48,523 nucleotides of DNA, from the IMG/VR virus record IMGVR_UViG_3300044466_000011, positions 1 through 48,523 of that record; one strand, written 5' to 3'. Position 1 is the stretch's first letter, and the number at the start of each line of letters is the position of its first letter. Of this stretch, positions 12,201 through 18,989 are shown in pieces. Origin of the DNA: a virus (lineage: Duplodnaviria > Caudoviricetes). The position numbers and the translations under genes are program-made. Under the pieces are notes generated by a model that had not been told where the DNA came from, ran no database searches, and saw nothing but the letters and a program-made list of their open reading frames with translations.

Positions 12201-14480
12201 ATCAACTGGGTCGAGGGGCTGCAGTCGCAGGGTCTGCCGGCGGACCTGCCGGAGGCGCTGCTCAACGAAGCGCTGCGCGCCAACTACGCGGAGCTCACCT
12301 ACCAGGAGCTCGTCGACGTCACCGACGGCCTGCAGCAGATCGTTCACCTCTCGCGGGTGAAGAACAAGCTGCTGCAGAACAAGAAGACCCGCGACCTGCA
12401 GAAGCTGGTGCAGCGCCTGGTGACGTCGATCAACGACAACGCCGGCAAGCCGCCGCGGAAGGGCGAGCGCGATCGCCGGCCGGAGGAGGAGCAGCGCCGC
12501 CTGGTGTCGGACTTCTTCGCGAGCCACCGCAAGCTCGCCAACATCCTGCGCGAGTTCGACGGCTGGGAAGATGGCGGCCCCATGTGGGAAGCGATCATGC
12601 TGCCGCTCAACCAGGCCGGCGCGCGCGAGGCGTCGATGAATGCGCAGGCCACGCGCCAGCTGCACGACCTGGTCGAGGCCGCCTTCCCTGGAGCGCAGAA
12701 GTCTCGGCTCTATGAGAAGACGGAGGTGCCGGCGATCAAGCAAGAGCTCTCGCTGATGCAGCGCCTGATCGTCGCGATGAACTACGGCAGCGAGGGCAAC
12801 CGCGAGCGCATGATGCGCGCCGAGGGCTGGAGCGAGGACCAGCTGCGCGCGATCGTCGAGACGCTGTCGCGCAAGGAGCTCGTGTTCGTCCAGGGCGTGG
12901 TCGATCACATCAACAGCTACTGGGAGCAGATCGCCGCGAAGCAGCGACGGGTGACCGGGCTCGCGCCGGAGAAGGTCGCCGCGATCGCCTGGGAGACACC
13001 CAACGGCGTGCAGCGCGGCGGCTACTTCCCGCTGAAGTATGACGACCGGCTGAACGCCAAAGCGATCCAGCAGCTGGACCTGAACACCGCGGAGCTCGCG
13101 AAGAGCGCCGCCTACACCCAAGCGACGACGCAGCGCGGGCACACCAAAGGGCGCGTCGAGATCACGAGCCTGCCGGTGCGTCACGACTTCGGCGTTATCT
13201 TCGAGCACGTCGGCCAGGTGATCCACGACCTGACGCACCACGAGGCGCTCGTCGACGTCTCGCGCATCCTCGGCCACCCGGAGGTGTCGCAGGCGATCAT
13301 CGCGGCCCACGGCGACATTCTCTTCAAGCAGATCCGCAACACGATCCGCGACGTGGCGTTCGGCGACGTGCCGGCGACCGGGGCCTTCGAGCGCGTGATC
13401 AATCACATTCGCGTCGGGTCGACGGTGGTCGGCCTGGGCTGGAATTTTGTGACGTCGGCGCTGCAGCCGCTCGGCCTGTTCAACTCCATGCACCGCATCG
13501 GCGTGGGCTGGGTCGGCAAGGGAGTCGGCCGCTGGATCCGCAACCCGACCGCGATGGTCGAGACGGTGAAGTGGGTGCGCGAGCGCTCGGAGTTCATGGC
13601 AACGCGCGGGCTGACGCAGCAGCGCGAGATCAACGAGATCCGCAACTCGCTCGGCATGGGCTCGGGGCGTCTCACGGGCTGGGTCGACCAGGTGCTCGAC
13701 GACGTGCAGAGTCCGATCACCCGGCACGCGATCGCCGACAGCTACTTCTCGCTGATCGCGGCGATGCAGACGGTGGCCGACATTCCGACCTGGCTCGGCA
13801 TGTATGAGAAGCAGATGGCCGCCGGCGTCAGCGAGCAGCGCGCGGTGGAGCTCGCCGACCAGGCGGTGCTCGACAGCCAGGGCGGTGGGCAGATCAAAGA
13901 CCTGGCCGGCATCCAGCGCGGCGGGCCGATGCTGAAGCTGTGGACCAACTTCTACTCGTTCTTCAACGTGCTCTACAACCAGGCGGCGGAGACGAAGCGC
14001 CGCACGCAGAAGGACGCCGACCCCGCCGCGGTCGGGCGCGCGATCGTCGACTACGCGCTGCTCTTCCTGATCCCGGCCACGCTCGGCTACTTCATGCGGC
14101 AGATGTTCCGCAAGACGCACGACGACGACGACGATCCGGAGAAGCTGGCGAAGCACCTGCTCGTCGAGAACCTGAGCTACATCTCGGGCACCATGCTCGG
14201 CGTGCGCGAGGTGTCGTCGGTGTTCCAGGGCACGCAGGGCTACGAGGGCCCGGCCGGCGCACGGTTCTTCTCGTCGCTCTCGAGAGCCGGCACACAATAC
14301 GTGCAGGGCGAAGTGGACGTGCCGGCGGTGCGCGCCACCGCGGAGGTCGTCGGCGCGTTGATGCACCTGCCGAGCGGCCAGGTGATGCGCTCGATCCTCG
14401 GGACCATGGCGCTGATGGAAGGCGAGACGACAAACCCCTGGGCCGTGGTCGCGGGCCCACCACCAAAGAACGGACGCTGA
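3207..14480 (+). CDS. Giant polyvalent internal virion protein (~3757 aa): Gly/Ala-rich membrane segment, two ParB/Srx-like, GNAT, glycosylase-like (DUF7178-type), HExxH metallopeptidase-like, helical C-terminus
   Basis: ATG 3207 overlaps the upstream TAA; LLDGHETVRAA (~5705), YLLGGTHRAVAA (~6105), RREGIGRRLY (~6390), WY..AH..VLAVLSPQ/HKVRSFYNNI/VTIDVHA/EVQSVTW (7140-8045), HEGAH (10608-10622). Confidence 0.85.
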   Translation: MPFEQQQQDDPLTAAVKANLAEDARAEQERLKVAGASTVSPDKAAEGARIQQRFGLPASFVERNYDNLKKQIDAEDLAQKLQTAPALKTAMQDPSFATAAKDDVDTLHTLERSVSFGEAIARGVDTTAAMGGAFLEATGELVGADALAARGRGIRQRNTLDIQKAGAKQTFMGIRGINDLGQYLTETVGEMIPIMAPSLAGAAAGGEIGALVGTAVPLPVVGTVSGATIGALIGAFIPAFALGVGETQMGIKEADPNLAAPATAFLGGSAIAAFDTALPGHVGSRLVKAFGTEVAEEVAKRALTQIVKPKFFREVAKETVHGLATEGVTEAIQEAIGAVAVAQAQGKPIGSVFTPELAVQMIEAGVAGAVMGGTTSGVSRIAEQRALSRRAVAAEQQQLLFQALAQGAIDSKLIARLPEAAKGWLQSRLKEGPIKDVFIDADTFTEYFQGRGENAESVAAKVTGDPEALAKARANNEPLRIPTAAYAVEIAGSEHHGALEPDLRLGTPAAMSRREAVTYRAKVLAEMQAAKDSGALDEVGQVRQALVAQFMQGAKMSQAQAERQTALYEAGFVALSRRKGVTLSVLELYNRYGLKVQVEKGTAAPAAETPAGGPAAAPAAAPGEDLGQSSAPAAEPQEAAPGAPGEAQGDEGPPAGGTSETPVPRPPGPWDANVDPAVARGIGQITHDPNAPINAMADIGAAAARMMAENPNIMREAAELRARSQAARKPAPPREPKTPGQQALVDLTGVDPDVLGALPPPVVVMTQGEAVTGAEGEFPAALSPAELLAAGDWLNTPQRADISELVAEIRREGIREPVVMTREVTDDGTVVEVLLDGHETVRAAAELGLSSVPVIWRDQVTGETFEEHTIILEQAAAPADKISGQPAAEVRGVEDARQLPFPSIDEAQSLALLNARDKSQVTTQAIPLEQLVATQSTFSESVARDYQAGTREATEPVEAVEHEGRFYLLGGTHRAVAAWAAGETTIEADVTRTTGPVALQPTAAVTLPHGATAEQSDTGESVIRIGDSYLELAVPTAHTDVAGESLPEGFLYVMDVAAAPRREGIGRRLYEAALVYAKQQGYQGISSTDLARNDQSEAVWAALKRDGQVTTQGAYDLLTGLQEKGGDEFFQEPAPVRDPRELAAIALYKQRGGGGSVVRMAVALREQGIRPATRTKAERIAANAYVDALVQEADRGEEFFQAASKHAKEVRGDMRYAPARYQNGGRIIFSSRVPWVMVKEGQDAEAIMRRNLRPRLDVLQTDLSVLKEPEAVKSGATERYADAVRALPLLTEADLAETADNHDAAIERGVQRMVRNLRWLWDQFDDATRNRAKLWYVGAHRIANELAAEYQVAPRQAAGVLAVLSPQMDWFKNVDLARRVFKAYDYLEHHNPKFTDLFRVYRSRIENRKQNASGEKITDAQRAATKALLDAEEALWAGKRWKELDAFGRAHMLREWDQVHIPRQYQIITPEGDNAGHSLTDAGVPERVSWGTYPQIANAVSLLMDGSEANIDRRIGREHKVRSFYNNISDPDHAGFVTIDVHAIAAAYMLPLSGTDPLSIQVMGGSPTVPAAGLSGMNPVVAEAYNRLARELGVLPREVQSVTWEAARSLFPESIKKGAEKLEGETVKTTPIRREINRIFGQFRSGKISEAVYRRQVMFAAAKVQLEELAEQLRRGEIDAATHNARVLVATTQIRSPHWGTRAAGDAVDEGRLPAVDVWSRGRADLPPRRRDAGADPEGARGQAPVDQDRILGGGDAYDEFFQSPTTGSSQPFYSRLTRAVEASPQGRASGAQWKATIRNAKTGVNLDEFTLANVTELDDKQTYTRQQVLDFLDLNRVVVEVVKLGEPIDERELRANAMELQDQAREDDRREAEPPDFSDDWPGAQIDVNKDETGAWVASIDGDEMGDSYDTAEEAEEAAQAEIDANRDRWNDEREREWWSTWESDWDDDHPLRDFEESAAEAMGLEEQKTHYGDYRFYPTDPAIVEDSYRETFLTAPKAMGPQSLAPAALSQEELETLVNAGWSEELASMERMSPEWRANKASTIIAEIESNITEFGYKGAVVTELRETQALLQKIVNDPSFVRVTSKRTWQDGHEDYWMIKNPIVRLRYDLRAYSGPQTREIAGRVRIDPRAHGDETQLVLFVHEIQPPQAEEQTHMPELFLKNWRELGIKYALREAVELGATHVAWTTGQMQIDLYPSIEQEVKRISWSMIGDERHVNIFTRKDDGQIHIALHPNGTVRSLSSDTSRWEGAPLENVIGKELTEKILADERGRLEGEGLKIGGTGLRKLYDKDLPAVAGKIVKKAAGKVEALAIPRRSTAVLSTAERWRVRQRTNPAVAGGIGYQLMRGTQDVVPPVVDPVTQQIVPAPVEMFSSFEEAQRQADRRNEELHAEKAKSEPRTVDVPAIAITPELKTQVLGGQAYFQADAAQGEDDGRPRGSLRIAKDTGQMTITLFDGRWDESTIVHEGAHMFLRIMEDLAADSPEIAADLETIRQWAPDATAQPGGRMTRYQHEQFARGFELYMREGTAPSLGLRAVFHSFKLWLLDIYKSARDLNVTINDDVRGVFDRMLATEEAIAEVHAVGNLVPLFTDAAAAGMSDAEFMPYQALVLDAGLEEREKLEQRLMAELKREQTRAYKEKQTQVLEQVAQEVNQRPVYRALALMQKGTEPDGSPVANVDEPIKLSRTIITARYGIERLKAAPRGVLAKEGGGVDPDAVAQRYGYGSGDELLAAITDAPPRRQVVLEETKRRMEAEYPSLMQDRAQLLEAAQESMGDAREKVIKAELAALHHRQRLVRPHVRVAEQAGREALAQERKERAYERRYLEAEQKLANAIAAGKAQEIIDAIQAELSALKASIRGAAKRMRGAIPDDDTFRLAAKTRLQGTVVRNVNPQVFWSAARKSSTIAAEKAARQDLEGAIAAKHQELLNLALFREATRIKRDVEARVKRARALSKTAARERLGKAGGSYLEQVEAILERFEFTPITGTERKRRASLINWVEGLQSQGLPADLPEALLNEALRANYAELTYQELVDVTDGLQQIVHLSRVKNKLLQNKKTRDLQKLVQRLVTSINDNAGKPPRKGERDRRPEEEQRRLVSDFFASHRKLANILREFDGWEDGGPMWEAIMLPLNQAGAREASMNAQATRQLHDLVEAAFPGAQKSRLYEKTEVPAIKQELSLMQRLIVAMNYGSEGNRERMMRAEGWSEDQLRAIVETLSRKELVFVQGVVDHINSYWEQIAAKQRRVTGLAPEKVAAIAWETPNGVQRGGYFPLKYDDRLNAKAIQQLDLNTAELAKSAAYTQATTQRGHTKGRVEITSLPVRHDFGVIFEHVGQVIHDLTHHEALVDVSRILGHPEVSQAIIAAHGDILFKQIRNTIRDVAFGDVPATGAFERVINHIRVGSTVVGLGWNFVTSALQPLGLFNSMHRIGVGWVGKGVGRWIRNPTAMVETVKWVRERSEFMATRGLTQQREINEIRNSLGMGSGRLTGWVDQVLDDVQSPITRHAIADSYFSLIAAMQTVADIPTWLGMYEKQMAAGVSEQRAVELADQAVLDSQGGGQIKDLAGIQRGGPMLKLWTNFYSFFNVLYNQAAETKRRTQKDADPAAVGRAIVDYALLFLIPATLGYFMRQMFRKTHDDDDDPEKLAKHLLVENLSYISGTMLGVREVSSVFQGTQGYEGPAGARFFSSLSRAGTQYVQGEVDVPAVRATAEVVGALMHLPSGQVMRSILGTMALMEGETTNPWAVVAGPPPKNGR
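6581..6810 (+). repeat. 20-nt direct repeat CGGCGA(C/G)GAGTTCTTCCAGG encoding G(D/E)EFFQ linkers; third copy of the core at 8481-8495
   Basis: 6581-6600 vs 6791-6810 differ at 1 nt; GACGAGTTCTTCCAG recurs at 8481. Confidence 0.8.
8141..8149 (+). promoter_or_regulatory. Internal extended -10 promoter TGGTAAAAT
   Basis: TGnTAnnnT match in an AT-rich patch of a GC-rich gene, ~90 nt upstream of the nested ORF. Confidence 0.6.
8242..8538 (+). CDS. Nested out-of-frame 98-aa gene, candidate immunity/partner of the upstream effector domain
   Basis: GGGAGAG RBS at 8231-8237, ATG 8242; codons end mostly in G/C in this frame while the host frame degenerates to R/G/A/P-rich sequence. Confidence 0.7.
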   Translation: MPPRTTLASLSPQLKSDPLIGGLVQLGMPLTKAGYLLLMYGAEDEPTFPLDAETLALIPKELEGKLPSTRTEYWAAVTPMTSSSRVRRPGARSRSTRA

Positions 14481-14481
14481 T

Positions 14482-15144
14482 ATGAGCACAGGGTGTGTGA
14501 ACGGACGCCTCGCGGACCCGCAGGCTTACTTCTTCGCGGACATGATCAAGCGGCCGGAGGGCTCGCCGGCAGACGACTACAAGGACGTGCTCCGCGGGCT
14601 GATCGCGCAGGGCATGGGGACGAACCCGCGGCCCGGTGAAATCCAGCCGCCCAACGCGCCGTTCTACGGCATCACCTGCATGTGCTCGAGCGGGACCACC
14701 GACCCGCGGGGGCGCATCTGGTTGCCGACGACGTCGCCGGTGGTCGTCGACGGGAATGCCTGGTATACGCACGAGATCCAGGTGATCGCCAACGGCCCCA
14801 CGCCGGGCTCGTTTGTTTGGGCCTGGACAGATAAAGGCGGGGGACCATACGAAGCGCGCCCGTGCGAGGGAGGCACCGACACCGGAGGGGGTGGAGGAGG
14901 CGAGGGTGGTATGACTGAGGACCAGGTCAAGGCAATGATCGACGCAGCGCTCAAGCCGGTGCACGCCGAGCTCGCGACGACGCTGAAGGACGACAGCAAC
15001 ATCTCGCTGCGGGCGGACGAAGGCAACGGCATGGTGCTCTGCGCCGAGGGCGGCGGACCGACCCAGACGCACCAGCGGTTCAACCTGACGTCGCGGCCGG
15101 CGGTGGGTGGAGGCTGGGAGAAGTGGAAGATCCGGAAGGCCTGA
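14482..15144 (+). CDS. Hypothetical protein with Gly linker and C-terminal fascin/beta-trefoil-like repeat; lysis-module position
   Basis: ISLRAD..NGMVLCAEGGG..GGWEKW resembles one fascin-like repeat; precedes a holin-like gene. Confidence 0.55.
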   Translation: MSTGCVNGRLADPQAYFFADMIKRPEGSPADDYKDVLRGLIAQGMGTNPRPGEIQPPNAPFYGITCMCSSGTTDPRGRIWLPTTSPVVVDGNAWYTHEIQVIANGPTPGSFVWAWTDKGGGPYEARPCEGGTDTGGGGGGEGGMTEDQVKAMIDAALKPVHAELATTLKDDSNISLRADEGNGMVLCAEGGGPTQTHQRFNLTSRPAVGGGWEKWKIRKA

Positions 15145-15146
15145 CG

Positions 15147-15497
15147 ATGGACTGGGGGACCTTCACCGTCAAGGACGCAGTGTATGGAGGCGTGGCGCTC
15201 TTCGCGCTGGTCGCCGGCCGGCAGAAAGTGTGGTGCTGGTTTTACCAACTCGAGGACTGTAAGCAGACCTATGTCAAGCAACTGGAGGAGCTCAGAACCG
15301 ACTTCCGATCCCAGCTGGACGAGGCGCGCACTTCCTTCCGGACCCAACTCGAGACGGCCCGTAGTGATTTTCGAGCGCAGCTGGACGCCTCAGAGGCTCG
15401 AGCCGAGGGCTGGCGGGAGCTCGTGCTCGAAGGTCGCGCCCTCGTCAAGCACTCGGTGGACGCGACTGTGGAGATCGCAAAGCGGCATGCGGTTTGA
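15147..15497 (+). CDS. Membrane protein with coiled coil, holin-like
   Basis: One N-terminal hydrophobic segment, then 11-aa repeats FRSQLDEARTS/FRTQLETARSD/FRAQLDA. Confidence 0.5.
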   Translation: MDWGTFTVKDAVYGGVALFALVAGRQKVWCWFYQLEDCKQTYVKQLEELRTDFRSQLDEARTSFRTQLETARSDFRAQLDASEARAEGWRELVLEGRALVKHSVDATVEIAKRHAV

Positions 15498-15726
15498 AGG
15501 ACTGCGTGCCATGCTGCGATTTTTCATCCGGGACACTGAAGCTGTGGAACCACTCAGGGTGCGCGAGCGGAGCGACGATCGCCGCCGGCACCTGGTCCCG
15601 GAGGTGAGGCAGTCACCCAGGGACGACGCGCACCAACGACACGCGCACGACCTGGCCCTGCAGCAGGAGGTGCGGGACGAGTTCGCCGAGCTCCGCGAGC
15701 GGCTCGACGCTGTCCGGACTTGTTGA
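15487..15726 (+). CDS. Hypothetical protein
   Basis: ATG overlapping the previous gene; last ORF before the strong promoter. Confidence 0.45.
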   Translation: MRFEGLRAMLRFFIRDTEAVEPLRVRERSDDRRRHLVPEVRQSPRDDAHQRHAHDLALQQEVRDEFAELRERLDAVRTC

Positions 15727-15751
15727 CAACAACGGCCGTGGGGGTTAGCCT
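15720..15751 (+). promoter_or_regulatory. Sigma70 promoter TTGACA-17-TAGCCT with overlapping palindrome TTGTTGACAACAA
   Basis: -35 15723-15728, -10 15746-15751, palindrome 15720-15732, AGGAG RBS downstream. Confidence 0.85.
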
Positions 15752-15768
15752 GATCGCAGGAGATCCCC

Positions 15769-16122
15769 ATGGCCGACACCCCGACGGACGACGGCGTCTA
15801 CCGCATTCCCACGTTCCCCGTCTCGAGCAGTAATATTGCCGCCGTCGGTTACGACGACGACAAGCACGTGCTCGCCATTGAGTTCGCCAACGGCGTGATC
15901 TACCACTACGCCGGCGTCACCGCCGACCAGGCGCTCGACCTGAAGAACGCTCCCTCGGTCGGGCGCTACTACTCACTCAACATCAAGGGCAAGTTCTCCG
16001 GCCAGAAGATGACCGGGCACTGCCCCCGCTGCGGGATCCAGGCGCGGGTCGGAGAGGTGTGCCCAGACTGTGGGTGCGACCTGATCGCCGCGGACCCGTT
16101 CAAGGAGAAACCGCATGCCTGA
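15769..16122 (+). CDS. KTSC-domain protein with C-terminal Zn ribbon
   Basis: VSSSNIAAVGYD..LAIEF.NG.IYHY..APSVGRYY..NIKG; CPRC..CPDC. Confidence 0.9.
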   Translation: MADTPTDDGVYRIPTFPVSSSNIAAVGYDDDKHVLAIEFANGVIYHYAGVTADQALDLKNAPSVGRYYSLNIKGKFSGQKMTGHCPRCGIQARVGEVCPDCGCDLIAADPFKEKPHA

Positions 16123-16396
16123 GAAAAACCGCGGCAACATGGGACGCCTGCACGACGGCGACCCCCAGGAAGCCACCAAACCGATCCGGGTGATCCTCAG
16201 CGAGACGGACACCCTGGGCGAGAGCGAGCTCGAGGTGAACATCACCCTGCGCGGCGGAGTCGCCGCGGTCGTGAAAGCGATCGCCGACGGCCTGCCGGCG
16301 GACGTGATGCTCGAGATCCAGCAGGCGCTCTTCGCCGAGGCCGAGCGCCGCGCCGGCGGGAAGATCGGACCGCAAGCGATCGTCGCGCGTTCTTAG
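16115..16396 (+). CDS. Hypothetical protein
   Basis: AGGAG RBS, overlap with upstream gene, normal codon bias. Confidence 0.65.
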   Translation: MPEKNRGNMGRLHDGDPQEATKPIRVILSETDTLGESELEVNITLRGGVAAVVKAIADGLPADVMLEIQQALFAEAERRAGGKIGPQAIVARS

Positions 16397-16402
16397 TAAG
16401 AT
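16390..16402 (+). promoter_or_regulatory. Operator-like site TTCTTAGTAAGAT overlapping -10 TAAGAT of a putative leaderless promoter
   Basis: Matches TTSTT-N3-AASAA with 1 mismatch; -10 ends 6 nt before ATG 16409; no RBS. Confidence 0.55.
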
Positions 16403-16408
16403 TGCGCC

Positions 16409-16645
16409 ATGGCGAAGACACAGATCGGACGGGCCTCAATCTTCCGGGGCAAAGAGAACGGCGTGCGGGTGCAGGGGGTGCTGACCAAGACCGGCGGCCA
16501 GGCCTTCGAGCGCAAGCGCGTGGAGCTCGCGCGCCTCTATCGGCAGGTGAAGAAGCGCAAGCCGAAGGTGGTCAGTGACGCGGACGTGATCGAATACATG
16601 GCGCTGGGGGAAGAGGCCACCGCGGTGTATCTCGAGCGAGAGTAA
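16409..16645 (+). CDS. Small basic protein, candidate ribbon-helix-helix-like transcription regulator
   Basis: 78 aa, strand-helix-helix pattern VRVQGVLT..AFERKRVELARLY..SDADVIEYM; operator over its promoter. Confidence 0.5.
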   Translation: MAKTQIGRASIFRGKENGVRVQGVLTKTGGQAFERKRVELARLYRQVKKRKPKVVSDADVIEYMALGEEATAVYLERE

Positions 16646-16648
16646 CCC

Positions 16649-16714
16649 GCAGCGCCGGACCCCGTGAAGGGCCCGACGCTGCATTCCGGATGGCGGCCTG
16701 AGAAGCACCCATCC
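16649..16714 (+). other. Two-hairpin structured intergenic leader
   Basis: GCAGCG..CCC-CGTGAA-GGG..CGCTGC (16649-16682) and GGATGG..CTGAGAA..CCATCC (16688-16714); no U-tract. Confidence 0.5.
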
Positions 16715-16725
16715 TACAGGACCCA

Positions 16726-17748
16726 ATGGCAAAAAAGAAAACGCGAGGCACGCCTCGGCGTGCGCAGAAGCGCATGCCGGCGAAGCGGAAGGCCGCCCTG
16801 GTGCGTCAGCCCCAGGTGCGCGAGGTGCAGGCGCAGGTGGTGCCGGAGCTCGAGCGCCGCATCGGATCCGACGACGAGATGCTCGGCGAGCTCGGCCTGG
16901 TGGAGCTCAAGCTGACCGAGAAGGAGGAGGCGATCCTCGCCGAGCCGGTCGACCCGGCCAAGGTCCGCATCCGACCCGACGGCGTGGTCTACCTGCCGCA
17001 CATCGAATACACCCGGTGGTTCAATCGCGCCTTCGGGCGCTGCGCCTGGACCATCGCGCCGATCGGCAAGGCGCAACTCGCCAACAACTCGGTCGTCGTG
17101 CCCTACGTGCTGTTCGTTCACCGCCAGCCGGTGGCGACCGCGAAGGGCGAGCAGGACTTCTTCGCCAGCAACCGCGGCCAGACCTACGGCGATGCGCTCG
17201 AGAGCACCGTGGCGTCCGGCCTGCGCCGCTGCGCCAAGCGCCTGGGTGTCGGGCTCGAGCTCTGGGACGGAGAGTGGACCCGGACCTGGCAGGCGACCCA
17301 CGCGATCCCGGTGAAGGTCCGGAAGAAGAAGCGCGACGGCGAGGGCTACTACATGGCGACCGAGTGGCGTCGTCCCCAGGACCCACCGCTGCCCTTCGAG
17401 AAGGGCACAGGGCGCGTCGAGGACGACTACCAGGGGGAAGGCTCGGCCGACTGGGTGCGTGGCCCCAGCGAGCCGGAGCGGCCCCGGCAGGCCCCTCCCA
17501 AGCGTGAGGCCCCCAGGCCTGCGCCGGACGCCGGCACCCACGCCCAGGCCGGCGAGGCGATCACCGCCCCGCAGCGCGCCAGGCTCAACACGCTGATCTA
17601 CAACTCCGGACGCGACGAGCAGGAGGTGCTCGCATGGCTCAAGCGCGGCTACGGCTACGACAACACCGGCCAGGTGAAGCGGTCGGAATACGACCAGGTG
17701 TGCCGGGCGGTCGAGGCCCAGGGCTCGCTGCCGAAGGGCCGCGCGTGA
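16726..17748 (+). CDS. Rad52/Mgm101-type single-strand annealing protein (Sak-like)
   Basis: DGVVYLPHIEYTRWFNRAFG..W and DALESTVASGLRRCAKRLGVGLELWD motifs. Confidence 0.85.
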   Translation: MAKKKTRGTPRRAQKRMPAKRKAALVRQPQVREVQAQVVPELERRIGSDDEMLGELGLVELKLTEKEEAILAEPVDPAKVRIRPDGVVYLPHIEYTRWFNRAFGRCAWTIAPIGKAQLANNSVVVPYVLFVHRQPVATAKGEQDFFASNRGQTYGDALESTVASGLRRCAKRLGVGLELWDGEWTRTWQATHAIPVKVRKKKRDGEGYYMATEWRRPQDPPLPFEKGTGRVEDDYQGEGSADWVRGPSEPERPRQAPPKREAPRPAPDAGTHAQAGEAITAPQRARLNTLIYNSGRDEQEVLAWLKRGYGYDNTGQVKRSEYDQVCRAVEAQGSLPKGRA

Positions 17749-18317
17749 TCCACTTCCGCTTCGACGTCGCCGCGCACTCCTACACCGAGCTCGGCACCGG
17801 TTACGTGTTCCCGCACGTGACCGGCATGCTGACGCGCACCGGCTGGATCGACGATGAGTGGTTCACCGAGGAGTCGAGCGAGCGCGGCACGATCGTCCAC
17901 ACGCTCACCGCCGACTACGACCTGGGCGCGATCGAGAACCCGAGCTCGGTGACGTCCGAGCACAAGGGCTACCTGCTCGCGCACGTCGCCTGCATGGCGC
18001 TGCTCGGCGTCGAGGTGCTCGCGGTCGAGGAGCCGATCGTCTGCCCGGTGCATCGCTTCGGCAACCGCCCCGATCGCGTCGTCAGCGATCAGGGCCTGGT
18101 CGGACCGCTGGAGATCAAGAGCGGCGACGAAGCGAAGAGCCACCCGATCCAGACGGCGCTCCAGGCGATCGCGCTCGAGCACAAGCTGCAGGTTCCCGCG
18201 GAGCTCCAGCAGCGGCTCTGCGTCTACCTGAAACCCAACGGCCGGTTCAAGGTGCGCGAGCACAAGGACCCGGCCGACTTCACCAGGGCGCGCGAGATCA
18301 TCCGCGCCTGCTGCTGA
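17745..18317 (+). CDS. PD-(D/E)XK exonuclease-like protein
   Basis: HVTGML..ERGTIVH..E..FGNRPDRV..LEIKSG..Q; GTG overlaps the annealase stop. Confidence 0.8.
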   Translation: MIHFRFDVAAHSYTELGTGYVFPHVTGMLTRTGWIDDEWFTEESSERGTIVHTLTADYDLGAIENPSSVTSEHKGYLLAHVACMALLGVEVLAVEEPIVCPVHRFGNRPDRVVSDQGLVGPLEIKSGDEAKSHPIQTALQAIALEHKLQVPAELQQRLCVYLKPNGRFKVREHKDPADFTRAREIIRACC

Positions 18318-18324
18318 GGGGACC

Positions 18325-18687
18325 ATGGACTACTCGTTCCTCGACCAGATCCCTGGGGCTATCAAGAAGGGCCCCAGGCACGTGAAGGTGATCAAGAAAG
18401 CGAAGACCGCGCGCAAGACCCGCGACGAGGAGGAGAGCGACAAGGTGCGCGAGCGGAGCGGTGGCCGCTGCGAGATCGAGGTGAAGGGCACGCGCTGCCG
18501 CCGGCGCGGGTTCCACGTGCACCACCGCCTGGCGGGCAACGGGCAGCGCGGGCGCAACGACTCGGCCCTGGCGAAGAACAAAGACCACGCCTGCGCGCAG
18601 TGTCACAAGAAGATCACCGACGGCGACCTGGTGCACGTGAAGGGGCACGGGTATCGGGAGCGTCCGCTGTCGAAGGGGGAAGCATGA
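18325..18687 (+). CDS. HNH endonuclease-like protein
   Basis: RSGGRCE..C..HVHHR..N..ACAQCH. Confidence 0.8.
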   Translation: MDYSFLDQIPGAIKKGPRHVKVIKKAKTARKTRDEEESDKVRERSGGRCEIEVKGTRCRRRGFHVHHRLAGNGQRGRNDSALAKNKDHACAQCHKKITDGDLVHVKGHGYRERPLSKGEA

Positions 18688-18989
18688 TGCGCCTGGCTGT
18701 TCATTGCTGCTGCGAGCCGGCGATCCGCCTGGGCACGGTGCCGGTGCCGGACGACTTCATCCAGCACCGCCGCGCGATCCGATTCGCGATCCCTCCCAGG
18801 TCGCGCCTGGTGGCGCGCGACGGTGTGATCGAACCAGAGCAGACGCTCCCAGGTATGGAGATCTGGACCGAGGTGGCGGAGCTCCAGCTGTCCGACGGCA
18901 CGATCTACTACGCGGTGAAGAGCGCGCACCAACCGCTCGAGGTGTGGCAGCGCGTGCCTGGGTTCATTGCTGATCGGGGGTTGGTATGA
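18684..18989 (+). CDS. Hypothetical protein
   Basis: ATGA overlap, GGGGGA RBS. Confidence 0.6.
   Translation: MMRLAVHCCCEPAIRLGTVPVPDDFIQHRRAIRFAIPPRSRLVARDGVIEPEQTLPGMEIWTEVAELQLSDGTIYYAVKSAHQPLEVWQRVPGFIADRGLV

Noticed and set aside
16688-16714. CTGAGAAGCACCC resembling the TPP riboswitch core
   Set aside because: The downstream P4/P5 consensus is missing
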